Origin: Desulfatiglandales bacterium
GTDB lineage: Bacteria > Desulfobacterota > DSM-4660 > Desulfatiglandales > Desulfatiglandaceae
Reading direction: 5' to 3'
DNA length: 64,000 nucleotides
Assembly (NCBI GenBank): GCA_963662465.1
Contig: OY759599.1
Location: 3,744,001 to 3,808,000, forward strand
Position 1 is the first letter of the stretch. Each line of letters starts with the position of its first letter. The position numbers were made by a program, and so were the translations under genes. Below the pieces are notes generated by a model, which saw only the letters and a list, made by a program, of their open reading frames with translations, ran no database searches and was not told the DNA's origin. Below are positions 1 through 9,433 of this stretch, piece by piece.

Positions 1-1760
1 AGCTTAGTAGATGTAGTCACCGTATCGCCGTCCTCAAGATTGATATAGTTCGCCGTGTCAGCCGGGGTGAGATTTGGTCTGATAAAATGGCTCGGGTTTC
101 CTTCAGCTATGGTCCGCTGACCATATGCGCAAGGATTATTCCAATTATACTCTGATACCAGTATACTGCCATCAGCGTTGACCTTTTCCACATAGGCCAC
201 ATGACCATAACAGACTGTCTTGTCATTTTCGGTATAACATGCAACGTTGTTCCATTGTGCGACGTCGCCTGCTTGAGGCTTGCTGGTGAGTTCAAACCCA
301 TTTTTTACGTTATCGTCCCAGTTGCTCCCGTTACCCCAATGCCCGCCATCCATGTAATTTGAAAAATTTCCTTCACCAAGCGCCTTGTTTAGGCGCCATG
401 CGACATAAGATGTACAGTTTTTGATATAGAAATCCCAAGGGTCCGAACCACAGGGCTCCTCAACACAATTAGAACAGGCCTTTTTCCTGTATGGATAATC
501 ATCAATGTAGCCCTGACCTAGTGTGCGAATATAATCGATTGTGCAACCAACCCAGTCACATGTTTTCCAATAGGCGAAATACGCATTACCAATTGCCAAG
601 GTATTTGGTCTTAAATCACTCGCTACAGGGCCTCCTACCAAATCTCCATTTAAATAAACATAGAATTTTCCAGCAAGGTATTTAAGCTTCAATGTGAAAA
701 ATTCAGATGGATTTGTTATTTTCGATATGTAATTACCCAAAAGGTAAAGTCGACCACTGCTAAAATCACACCAAACCTGTAAAACCCTGCCGTCCTCTGG
801 TATCCAGGGATTATTACCTGAAGTATCGGTATTGGGATTATAAAAAACAATCATTCCTTCTCCATTGCAGCCTCCAAGAGAATCGAATCTCATCCTTACT
901 TCCAGAATGAAGTCGCCACTTTCTGGAAATGGGGTTTGTCGGCTAGGAGGACCAGCCCAAACATATGGAAAAGTATCAGAATATCCGGAGCTAAAACTTG
1001 CCAGCCCATTTTTCACGATAACTTGACCATACGGCGATTCTCCGGTATGCCCGTAACAAGTCTCGCTCTCTACATTTACCCAATTCCCAATGGCACTTGA
1101 ATGATTTGGGTAAGCCGCAGTACACCACCGTTTGGAAGCTGTAGCGATGTCCGTATTCCATTTCTTGCTGTCTAAGCTCAAACCGTCAAAAGCATCATAC
1201 CAGTATTGGATATGAGGTTCTTGACGGTAAATAAAACCAAGAAAATCAGGATCGTCCACGGGTCTGGTTTTATAATCGTCCGTTTCGCTTGTGAACTGAT
1301 ATGGGTATGCTGCGCTACAATTCATTTCAGTTGAATAAACCGTGTTTTCTTCAATCCGAAAGACATACCCAACATGTCCTGAACCCTCAGAAGAAACGAA
1401 AATACAACCTTCACGTGCTCCATCCTCTGGAGTTCCCGTGGTAAAGCCTGCTTGTTTTGCAGCCGCCAGCCATCCCGTGCCAGCATTTCCCCAACTTGCA
1501 GCCTGGTAGCCCCAGCGATCAGACATCATTTTCCAAGCCCACCATGTGCAGTTGCCATCCTCGTGTTCACCATTAGGGCAACAATCATACACATTTCCGG
1601 TGCTGGTGAATCCATCACATTTATCGCTTCCAGCTGCCATAACGTTTGTGCAAAAAGATGTTGAAGAGAAAAGGAGAAAAATGATGGACATCAAGATCCA
1701 CTCTAAGCGATTCTTGTAACTCTTGCTTATCAAGAATGATCTCATGAGTTTTCTGCACAT
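1..1760 (-). CDS. Secreted protein with two CHAP (cysteine/histidine amidohydrolase-peptidase) domains; 3' end runs off the window
   Basis: Not in the ORF track because there is no stop in the window; translated by hand. ATG at 1760 (alternative 1745) after a G-rich RBS, with a signal-peptide-like N-terminus. CHAP motif set 1: GNCTWWAW..WGNA..GHVGYV..STEMN. Set 2: DPWDFYIKNCTSYVAWRLN..WGNG..GHVAYVEKV..VSEYN. The central region is beta-rich. Confidence 0.85.
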   Translation of the reverse strand, partial: MCRKLMRSFLISKSYKNRLEWILMSIIFLLFSSTSFCTNVMAAGSDKCDGFTSTGNVYDCCPNGEHEDGNCTWWAWKMMSDRWGYQAASWGNAGTGWLAAAKQAGFTTGTPEDGAREGCIFVSSEGSGHVGYVFRIEENTVYSTEMNCSAAYPYQFTSETDDYKTRPVDDPDFLGFIYRQEPHIQYWYDAFDGLSLDSKKWNTDIATASKRWCTAAYPNHSSAIGNWVNVESETCYGHTGESPYGQVIVKNGLASFSSGYSDTFPYVWAGPPSRQTPFPESGDFILEVRMRFDSLGGCNGEGMIVFYNPNTDTSGNNPWIPEDGRVLQVWCDFSSGRLYLLGNYISKITNPSEFFTLKLKYLAGKFYVYLNGDLVGGPVASDLRPNTLAIGNAYFAYWKTCDWVGCTIDYIRTLGQGYIDDYPYRKKACSNCVEEPCGSDPWDFYIKNCTSYVAWRLNKALGEGNFSNYMDGGHWGNGSNWDDNVKNGFELTSKPQAGDVAQWNNVACYTENDKTVCYGHVAYVEKVNADGSILVSEYNWNNPCAYGQRTIAEGNPSHFIRPNLTPADTANYINLEDGDTVTTSTK

Positions 1761-1848
1761 TGTTGCCCCCCGCTTGGTTTTGTTCTGCCCGATGGGTCAG
1801 AGAATGCTCAGGTCAAAAAAGGCCAGCTAAACTACATGAACCCATGCA

Positions 1849-1980
1849 CGCGAACGTTTTAGTTAACAGGCGAACGGGCAAGAAAGAAATATGCGACCAA
1901 TCCACCCGGAAGCGTGATACGGAAAAATCAATTTCAATTTGCTCCAATGACCAGTTTGCCTGTTCAACGGCTGGTTGGAC
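1849..1980 (-). other. Integron attC recombination site (132 bp)
   Basis: Minus strand: R'' GTCCAAC, 5-nt spacer, L'' GTTGAACAGGCAAAC ... L' GTTCGCCTGTTAAC (pairs with L'' leaving one extrahelical base), 6-nt spacer, R' GTTCGCG. The middle is an imperfect palindrome. The next gene starts about 90 nt after the GTT. Confidence 0.8.
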
Positions 1981-3485
1981 AGACCCGCGGGTCACACGCA
2001 CATAGGTTAATGGGAGCAGGATCGCCGCTATGGAGATTAAACGATCTTTGCAGCTACCGCATGACTTCTTTTTGACCCATCATTCCGGCCTAAGCCAGTT
2101 AAAAATGATAAAATTTCTTTTTTTGATCGCATGGTCCCGCTAAAAATGCCAAAATATCGTGTTATTAGGCAGTTTACCAAACACCTCGACATCAAAAACC
2201 TTTCACTCGACTAAAGACCTTTCGACTGCGCATGCTTAATCTATGCTGCTTGGGCGTGTATCATGTCCTGGACTTTATTGAACCTCGGAAGCTCTCTTAA
2301 CTTTTTGACCGGCGTCAATATTTCCAGAGTTATGAGGCGTTTCCCGCAAACAGGGCAACAATCCGGTCGCTCGTCGCTTCGCTGTTGCCAGAGACTCTGC
2401 CAATCCAGGAATCCCAGACTTTCAAGAGGCGGTTGACCCAGTATTTCCCGGCAGAGTGCCAGTTCTTCTTTTGAGCTGTGATGATAGAGTTCGTATGAAC
2501 GCACCATCACGGTATTTGCTAGGGGGACGTGTTGCAGATAGCGGCTGATAAAGGTTTGAATCGGCAGGGAGATGAGTTTTACCTTCTCACGACCGTAATT
2601 GAAGGTCACGTTCCCGTTTTCAATGCTGTAGATGCGTTTGTTTGAAATTGCTCCGCCTCTCAAGTAACGCGCCAGGTAAATCAACACGCCTTCACCGTAT
2701 GAATAGGTCTCTTTGAGCTTGACGTTCCATTTTTTGCGGCGGCCCAGTTTATTGAAGAGGTTCCGGGCCTGCTGAGGCCCCATACCCTCGGGCAGAACCA
2801 GTTCGTTCCGATCCAGGGCTTTTCTCAAATAGTAGAGGTACTTGCCTCGAAATACCGCCCGGACGATGCCAAAGGGCAAAAGGAATTTTTTTGATGAAGC
2901 GATCCACTCGCCGGCGATCAGCCCACCGGCCGTTACCAGACAATGCAGATGCGGATGAAAGTCCAGTTTTCGGCTCCAGGTATGCAGTGAGGCGATGATG
3001 CCGACTTTGCCCCCCAAATGCTTCGGATCTCCAAGGAGTTCGGAAAGGGTTTCAGTGGCGCTTTTGAACAGCAGATTGCCCATAAGCTTGCGGTTCAACC
3101 GCCATAAGTCGTGCAATTCATCGGAGATGGTGAAAATAACATGGAAATGTTCGGTGTTTAAGATGCGAGCCTTTTGTTTTGCCAGCCAACGTTCCACCTG
3201 GGTAAAAGCGCAGAGGGGGCACATGCGATGTTTACACGAGTTGTACCAGTGCCTTTTGAAGTGACCGTCCGGGCACGCCTGCACGTGACCCCCCAGAGCA
3301 GATGTGCGGCAACTCATCAGACGGTGTGCCGCTTCACGAATATGTTCCGGAAGAAGATGGGTCTGATCATAGAGGGCATAGCCTATAAGAAAGATGCTCT
3401 GAATCGTCGCTTCCACTGAAACCTCCTTTATTTACTGGGAGTTACGACGTTAGTTCCCCCGCTGTCCAGCGGGTCTGTCCAACCA
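1972..3485 (-). mobile_element. IS91-family element / transposase cassette with 17-bp perfect inverted repeats
   Basis: TGGTTGGACAGACCCGC at 1972-1988 and its reverse complement GCGGGTCTGTCCAACCA at 3469-3485 enclose a single transposase gene. Confidence 0.75.
2241..3416 (-). CDS. IS91-family (Y2 HUH) transposase
   Basis: N-terminal Zn-binding region (CRT..GGH..C..H..YNSCKHRMCPLC), HUH motif HPHLH, YLARY tyrosine pair. GTG start with AAGGAGG RBS. Confidence 0.92.
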   Translation of the reverse strand: MEATIQSIFLIGYALYDQTHLLPEHIREAAHRLMSCRTSALGGHVQACPDGHFKRHWYNSCKHRMCPLCAFTQVERWLAKQKARILNTEHFHVIFTISDELHDLWRLNRKLMGNLLFKSATETLSELLGDPKHLGGKVGIIASLHTWSRKLDFHPHLHCLVTAGGLIAGEWIASSKKFLLPFGIVRAVFRGKYLYYLRKALDRNELVLPEGMGPQQARNLFNKLGRRKKWNVKLKETYSYGEGVLIYLARYLRGGAISNKRIYSIENGNVTFNYGREKVKLISLPIQTFISRYLQHVPLANTVMVRSYELYHHSSKEELALCREILGQPPLESLGFLDWQSLWQQRSDERPDCCPVCGKRLITLEILTPVKKLRELPRFNKVQDMIHAQAA

Positions 3486-3567
3486 TTGATTATCAAGTTA
3501 TTTTGCCCTGATAAACCTTTAGGTCGTCAATATAAGGGCATTAACGCCCTGATATTTTGATATCAAG
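3477..3567 (-). other. attI-like site (putative)
   Basis: On the minus strand, core GTTGGAC (GTTRRRY) is preceded by a non-palindromic region with direct repeats (TATCAGGGC x2, CTTGATA x2). No attC-type hairpin is present. No intI gene is adjacent. Confidence 0.4.
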
Positions 3568-4043
3568 GCAACACCCTCGATATGTTTATTTTCGGCACCC
3601 AATGCTTCACTATCGACATGTTTATGAGAATTCCTGTAACAAGGAAAAATGTCAAAAAAATACGTTGGTTTTTTGAGTCCAGTCGGTGCGACATTTTTTG
3701 GGGGACCCGCTAAATGTATAATGGCTGAAACGCTCTATTCTTTCATCATAAGCCACGTATCTGAATGACCCGTACCGGTGTTGACCAAAGGCAGTATTCC
3801 CTGAGATAGAATCCAAATTCTCAACTATTTTGAGCCATCGAGACCTGGTAAGCCTCACATTCTTCGGCGAGAATATTGCCTCGGATTTTAGAGAAGACCA
3901 GCCTTACCTTGACTCAATTTTTATACCAAAACCCAAAATATCGTAAAGCCCAAAAAAACTGTGATATCATCAAATCAGCGTGCTTGACCGAACTTTGAAA
4001 CTGATTGCATCTCTCAGGGTCGGTCGCTCTGGGTATATATTGA

Positions 4044-4527
4044 GTTATGTTGTGTGTTGGCCTAACCTATCGAAATAATAAGGGAGTTCGGATCTGGCTT
4101 GAGAAATGATGATTTGGTAAAGATTCCGATAGTTTACCTCCAATTTCCAGAAACGGTTTGAAGGAACTCGCAACATAATAATAATCCTTTAAACATACTT
4201 CTGTGTTCTGATCCAGGGGTTAAACTGCTCCGGGGAGGGTTACTGGATCAAGCGAGCGGGCCTACATCTTTCATAAAGTCTCATATCGCAAACCTCCTAT
4301 AAGGAAGGTAATTCGACGTGGGGTAGGACATAACAGACAGCTTGCAACTTCTAAAATCAATCATAATAATAATATGAGAAAAACCATAAAATCAAGCTTG
4401 GTGTAATATATACCATGCTTGTAAGGCAAAGTCACGCTCAGAATGATAAGAATTATATAGATATTTCAATTCTAAATATGAATTAAATGAATTAAATACA
4501 CACAACATAACCAAACTCGCAACATAA
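4044..4527. repeat. Degenerate element with CAACATAA-box repeats (possible RIT-like tyrosine recombinase element remnant)
   Basis: 14-bp inverted repeat GTTATGTTGTGTGT (4044-4057 / 4498-4511) and 14-bp direct repeat AACTCGCAACATAA (4165-4178, 4514-4527). An internal AGGAGG RBS leads only to a 14-codon ORF. Confidence 0.45.
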
Positions 4528-4743
4528 ATTGAGAGTATATGCAAAAAAGGGCACCCTCAAAAACTTGTGATATTCCTTTCATACCATCAGAACTAAAAAT
4601 TCACACTATCGCCCCTGAGCTTTCCACATCTTGTACCCAATTATGTATTATTAAATTCTACGCAATTTATCACAGCACAAATTTCGATGCAAGCCAAAGT
4701 GACAATTCCGAAAGGAGATTCAATGCCCCAGATATGGAACGTG

Positions 4744-6664
4744 CACGGTAAATTTGTTCTAACAGGTATCACGCTTGGGGCACTGAATTTTTGGTCATCT
4801 TGAGATAGTCGAAGACACCCCTTACGTTCTGCGTGAGCTGGCGCATTTTCTGGGCTACACTGCGAACACCTTTCGCCTTAATGACGCCCACCGCGAATCT
4901 ACGCAGCCTGGTCATGTTTTCAGGACCATTGCCGGTTCTTATTCGGCTTCGATCTTCGTCGTAGTTCCAGTCGATGATGTAATGGCACTCGTTTTCAATG
5001 CTCCAGTGACCGCGATTGATAGAAAGTACACGTTCGGGATTCGCCTGATCAGGTGATTGACTCGTTATGCCGTAAGCAACCTCAACTGTGCATTTACCGG
5101 TTTTCTTGTTTGTAACTTCTCTCTGGATCATAAAAGCCTGGCCGACATACGGGAAATCCAGGTATAGGTTAAGTTCGGTAGTCGTCCATATTTTGCGCAC
5201 TTCGATGCGACCATGATCGGGAGCATCGTGTTGTATGAAATCAGGATCGTTGCAGCCCTCAAAATACAGGGAAATGTCTTGAAGTAATGTGGGCTGGTTG
5301 TTTTTGGCGATGAAATGGTAATGGGCGTTGCGTTGCTCGACCAAATATTTAGCAAAAGTCCTTTGGGTTAGCAGTGCGTCAGCTGAAATGACTTTGCCTT
5401 CGATATCGATCGCGTCCAGTAAAGGGGCAGCCGTTTTGATTTCATTGGTTCGCTTGAGTTCGTCTTTGCCTTCTACAGGGAGAGAACCGACTTTTTTTGG
5501 GTGTAACAGGTCTTAGTTTGATGGCCGACAGCACTCATGATGTGAGTCTGATAACCTTGTTCATCGATGGCATTACACATGGTTTTTCCATCGATGGCCA
5601 AGCTTTCGTCCTGTTCACCGTAAAGCAGATTCCAACGCTGGAGAGCTTTGTCGAGTTCTGTGGGGTCAACGCGAACCAGAACATCACGGATAGTAGACTG
5701 ACTGGGAGCTACATAGCGCTTATTTTCATATCGGCAACGGAAACGCTCAAGGGCTTTTTGTCCAAGACCATTTACCCAATCGGATATCGCCAGATAACCG
5801 CGCATTCCGCACAGTGTTGCGGCGGTGGCAATGGCCAGAACAGTGGAGAGCCTGTGACGTCGTCCCTGGGATCGACGCGGGTCGGGAATTTGAGCAAAAA
5901 AGTCGGGTAGAGATTTCATATGTTCCGCACTGAGCATGATTTTGTAACCTCCTGTAAGATATGGTTTTTTGAGAACAGGTCGGGATAACAGTGCTTGAAC
6001 ATTGGAAACCAATGGTTTAAGAAAAACCATTTTCGGTGAATCCGCTTTATCGCTGTAGCCTTGGCGAGTTCGATGAAAACCCTTTGTTTTACCAACATAT
6101 ATCCAATTGGACGCTCGATATACGGTTCCGTGGAATTGCTTTGGGTCCACAAAGGTTTCCAGGAGTACAACCGGATGCCCGAAACGCTCCTGCCAATCAG
6201 CCTGCATTCGCTTCCGGCATAATGAAAGGATACGGGATGCGAGATTCGGAATATGCCATTCGGGCAAAATTAGAAAACGACTGTTATTGGTTACCAGTTT
6301 CAGTCGATCGTATTGATGGCGAAAATTCCATCCGATCCAGCTGTCCCTTGGTGTACATTTCAAAGCGGGAGCAGAAAAACTGACAAGCGCAATCCACTCA
6401 CTATTTAGTCTAGCTGTATACCAGAGGGTTTCGCTGATCTTGGGAAGAGCGCCCAAATAATGATGCGACTGCATCAGATGCTGAAAGCGTTGTTCTTCAA
6501 GCGGGCGGACTATTTGAATGCGGACTTGCTTAACGTTCAAGAATTTAAACCCCGAATTGGTTTGGTGCCTGTCACAGTATATACACCATCCGAGGGTTTC
6601 TGTTCATAATGTAGCGCAACTTTTATATTTTATTTGGATAATTCGGAAGAATAAATTCACCCTG
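4744..6664 (-). mobile_element. ISAs1-family insertion sequence, complete
   Basis: TIRs CACGGTAAATTTGTTCT / CAGGGTGAATTTATTCT (14/17 match). Perfect 10-bp target duplication ATGGAACGTG at 4734-4743 and 6665-6674. Confidence 0.93.
4769..6540 (-). CDS. ISAs1 transposase with N-terminal DUF4338-like domain; two frames joined by a -1 frameshift at A7G (5491-5498)
   Basis: ORF 5473-6540 has HHYLG..NNSRFLILP..LLETFVD..GTVYRASNW, then DPRRSQGRRH and AIDGKT. The -1 frame continues TNEI..ISADALLTQ..HGRIE..RGHWSIEN..EDRSRIR. Confidence 0.88.
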
Positions 6665-6676
6665 ATGGAACGTGGC

Positions 6677-6711
6677 TTGACATGGTATTAAATAAATACT
6701 ACTTTAGTATT
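6677..6711 (+). promoter_or_regulatory. sigma70 promoter with overlapping operator palindrome for the TA operon
   Basis: TTGACA-N17-TACTTT. Perfect inverted repeat AATACTA-CTT-TAGTATT (6695-6711) covers the -10. Confidence 0.7.
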
Positions 6712-6742
6712 CCATATGGAGTATTGGAAGGGAGGATTTGTT

Positions 6743-6973
6743 ATGAAAGTGAAAACATCCATCACCCTTTCGGAAGAAATTCTGAAGGAAGTCGATCGCC
6801 TGTCCTACGGATACGGAAACCGGTCAGCCCTTATTGAAAAGGCGATTCGAGAATTCCTGGCCGCAGGGGAAAAGCGGAGGCGTGATCGTAAAGACATTGA
6901 AATTCTTAATCAACGGGCGGATGCTTTGAACAAAGAAGCGGATGAAGTTCTTCGCTATCAGGTAGATTTATGA
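6743..6973 (+). CDS. Ribbon-helix-helix antitoxin
   Basis: [42 protein letters not shown] before ATG 6743. Overlaps the toxin start. Confidence 0.85.
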   Translation: MKVKTSITLSEEILKEVDRLSYGYGNRSALIEKAIREFLAAGEKRRRDRKDIEILNQRADALNKEADEVLRYQVDL

Positions 6974-7521
6974 AGCGCGGGGAACTCTACCGGGTGTACA
7001 AAGCATCTTCTCATGATCCGAAGGCTTACAGGGTGTTTGTGATTGTGAGCCGCCAGGTTCTGCTTGACTCCCGTTTTTCAACCGCCGTTTGTGCGCCGGT
7101 TTATTCCACCCATGACGGCCTTTCAACCCAGGTACCCGTTGGGGTTGACGATGGTTTGAAACATGACAGCAGTATCCATTGTGATGAGTTGATCAGTATC
7201 CCCAAATCGGCTCTAACTCATTTCATCGGCACACTCAGCCCACGCAAAATTGAGGTTCTGAACCAGGCCTTACGGGTTGCTCTGGGGTTGGATTGTTTTG
7301 ACGAGATCTCTATCAAAAAATCCATTGACAGACAACCGTATTCATGCAGAAAAATGGTGCCTATGTCAATTTACATGTATTTCCTCGGAGAAACGCGCTA
7401 TGTATACAAGACTATTGTGGTTCCCCGCCAACCCCAGGCGAAGTTTTTTCCTATGGGGACCCAGGCAAACCGGAAAAACCACCCTGTTGAAGTCTGTTTA
7501 TCCGAAAGGGCACCGCATTGA
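6970..7521 (+). CDS. mazF: PemK/MazF-family toxin (C-terminal read-through extension)
   Basis: [50 protein letters not shown]; the family domain ends near residue 107. Confidence 0.85.
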   Translation: MKRGELYRVYKASSHDPKAYRVFVIVSRQVLLDSRFSTAVCAPVYSTHDGLSTQVPVGVDDGLKHDSSIHCDELISIPKSALTHFIGTLSPRKIEVLNQALRVALGLDCFDEISIKKSIDRQPYSCRKMVPMSIYMYFLGETRYVYKTIVVPRQPQAKFFPMGTQANRKNHPVEVCLSERAPH

Positions 7522-7965
7522 CTTGCTGAAAACCGATGAGTTGATGCGGTATTTGCAGCGTCCCTCATTGTTACGCGAAATCGCGGCTGCGCTACCCAAA
7601 GGAAAAACGATTGTCATTGACGAAATTCATTATCTGATTCAGGCGCAAGGAACCGTCTTCGCACTCTGCGGTTCTCCCAGATGCACTACGATATTTCCTA
7701 CTGGCGCTTGTCAAGTGGTATTGAGGTCGATTTTATCCTGGGGCCTGGTACCGTAGCCGTGGAGGTTAAAGCAAAAGTACGCGTTACCGAGAATGATTTG
7801 GGAGGTCTCCGCCACTTTCGCCGGGAATACCCAAAGGTTTTTCACCTGATTGTGGTTTGTCTGAAAACCCGGCACCGCGGGACTGAAGATGGTATCCATA
7901 TTCTGCCCTACCGGAAATTCATTCAGTCCTTTTGGGAAGGCACATGGGATGGAATACTGCCATAG
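7400..7965 (+). pseudogene. Internally deleted, frameshifted AAA+/DUF4143 ATPase
   Basis: Walker A GPRQTGKT and Walker B IVIDEI in one frame. C-terminal YWR..GIEVDFI..AVEVKA in another frame. Most of the middle is missing. Confidence 0.8.
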
Positions 7966-9155
7966 TCCATTCCGCTCCTGGGCATCAAAAAGACCAAAAC
8001 AAACGCCACAAACGCCAACAGGCCGCAAATGCCGAACAACACCTCAAGCCCCCAGTGCGCCACAATCACGCCGCCCACGAAGGGGCCCGCAAAAAAACCG
8101 GCCTGCTGCATCTCCATCAGATAATTGGTGTTGAGACCGCGCAATGCCGGGGGGCTGTTCTGAAACATCAAGGCGTTGCACAGGGGGGAGGTCAGGCCCC
8201 AGCCCGCGCCCAAAGCCATGGCCAATAAAAAAAAAGGGATTTGCCCGTGTACCAGGCCCAATAAAAGAAGCGAGACGGCGAGCAGCCCCAGGGCCGCGGC
8301 AAATAGATGACGCGCCCCCACTTTGTCGGCCCAGGGCAAGGCCAAAAGCCGGGTGCCGACCATGCTCACCGTTACAACGGTAAAGAAGAGTCCCGCATGG
8401 GCCAGGCTTCTGCTTTCGGCGAAGGTTTTAATAAAGTAGAAAACCGGCGCATAGCCCATGTAAATCAGAAAATAGATCATCAGCAGAATCGCCACGGGTC
8501 TTTGGGTTAAATTCCGTCGCAGACCTTGCGCACTCAGTCTTTCAAAAGGACCTTCCTCCTGATTTGCGCCCCGGGTCGGCGGTTTGGCCACCAGTAACAA
8601 GGGAAAAACAGCCAGCATGCAAAGGGCAACCAGCTTGAGCACGCCTGGGAATCCGCCCATTTCGGCGGATAGAAACCCCATCAGTGGGGGGAGCACGGCA
8701 TAGGGCAGGAGGTTTATGTTCATTACGAAACCGAAAGCGCTGCTGCTTTTTTCTTTGGGGATATAGGCCATCAAAAGAGCGGTCAGGGCCGTGACCAAAA
8801 AAACATGCCCCAGGCCATGGACCACACGGACCGCCAGCAGACCTGAAAAATTCTGAAAATAGCCATAGGCGAGAAGGGCCGCCATCATCAGTGCCGCACC
8901 CAGCGCCATGTAGGGCCTAGCATTATCCGGATGGAACATCGGCGCGATAAACGGGCGCACCAAAAGGGACGTAAAAGAAAAAACGCCGATAATCAAGCCA
9001 AACCATCGTGGGTCAAGATCCAGGGTTCCCAGATAGGTGTAAAACTGGAAGAAAACGGCCATGTTGCAAAAGGCCAAAAAGAGAATGCCATTTAAGGCAA
9101 AGAACGCCTTGTTCATGAAACCGGGACGGGTTGGATTCTGTTTTTCTGTTTTCAT
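7923..9155 (-). CDS. MFS transporter
   Basis: 410 aa with about 12 hydrophobic segments; VRVVHGLG and ADKVGAR motifs. Confidence 0.9.
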   Translation of the reverse strand: MKTEKQNPTRPGFMNKAFFALNGILFLAFCNMAVFFQFYTYLGTLDLDPRWFGLIIGVFSFTSLLVRPFIAPMFHPDNARPYMALGAALMMAALLAYGYFQNFSGLLAVRVVHGLGHVFLVTALTALLMAYIPKEKSSSAFGFVMNINLLPYAVLPPLMGFLSAEMGGFPGVLKLVALCMLAVFPLLLVAKPPTRGANQEEGPFERLSAQGLRRNLTQRPVAILLMIYFLIYMGYAPVFYFIKTFAESRSLAHAGLFFTVVTVSMVGTRLLALPWADKVGARHLFAAALGLLAVSLLLLGLVHGQIPFFLLAMALGAGWGLTSPLCNALMFQNSPPALRGLNTNYLMEMQQAGFFAGPFVGGVIVAHWGLEVLFGICGLLAFVAFVLVFLMPRSGMDYGSIPSHVPSQKD

Positions 9156-9168
9156 GTCGGCGAAAAAA

Positions 9169-9360
9169 TTTGGGCAGGTTTATGACGATCCGTTTTCAAC
9201 AAGATACGGCTTTCTTCGGTTCCATGTCAAACAGGCCTTCCACCGTTGTTTGGACAGCGGGATTCTACATAATGGCCTTGCAGGGGTCAAATGTAAAAAA
9301 TGCATTTACGAATTATTACGCACATTTTCATGCGAACATCGCTTCGGGGTTTCCGTCTAA
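9169..9360 (+). pseudogene. Remnant of an IS91-type transposase zinc-binding domain
   Basis: FGQVYDD.F..RYGFLR..V..AFHRCLDSGILHNGLAGVKCKKC..ELLRTFSCEHR is a decayed match to the YLDCG..GFARV.C..C....AFSCK.R pattern. Confidence 0.65.
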
Positions 9361-9433
9361 ACCTCAATTTAAAGCTTGATTTTAAGTAAATCCGAAGTTA
9401 AGATTTGCAATATCATAAATACAGGAAGAGGAT

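Noticed and set aside
107..301. 64-aa ORF from the track, or a frameshift in the CHAP gene
   Set aside because: It is an alternative frame; the CHAP frame reads through (WDDNVKNGFELTSKP).
3486..4740. Integron integrase intI next to the attI-like site
   Set aside because: No long ORF or tyrosine-recombinase motifs were found on either strand.
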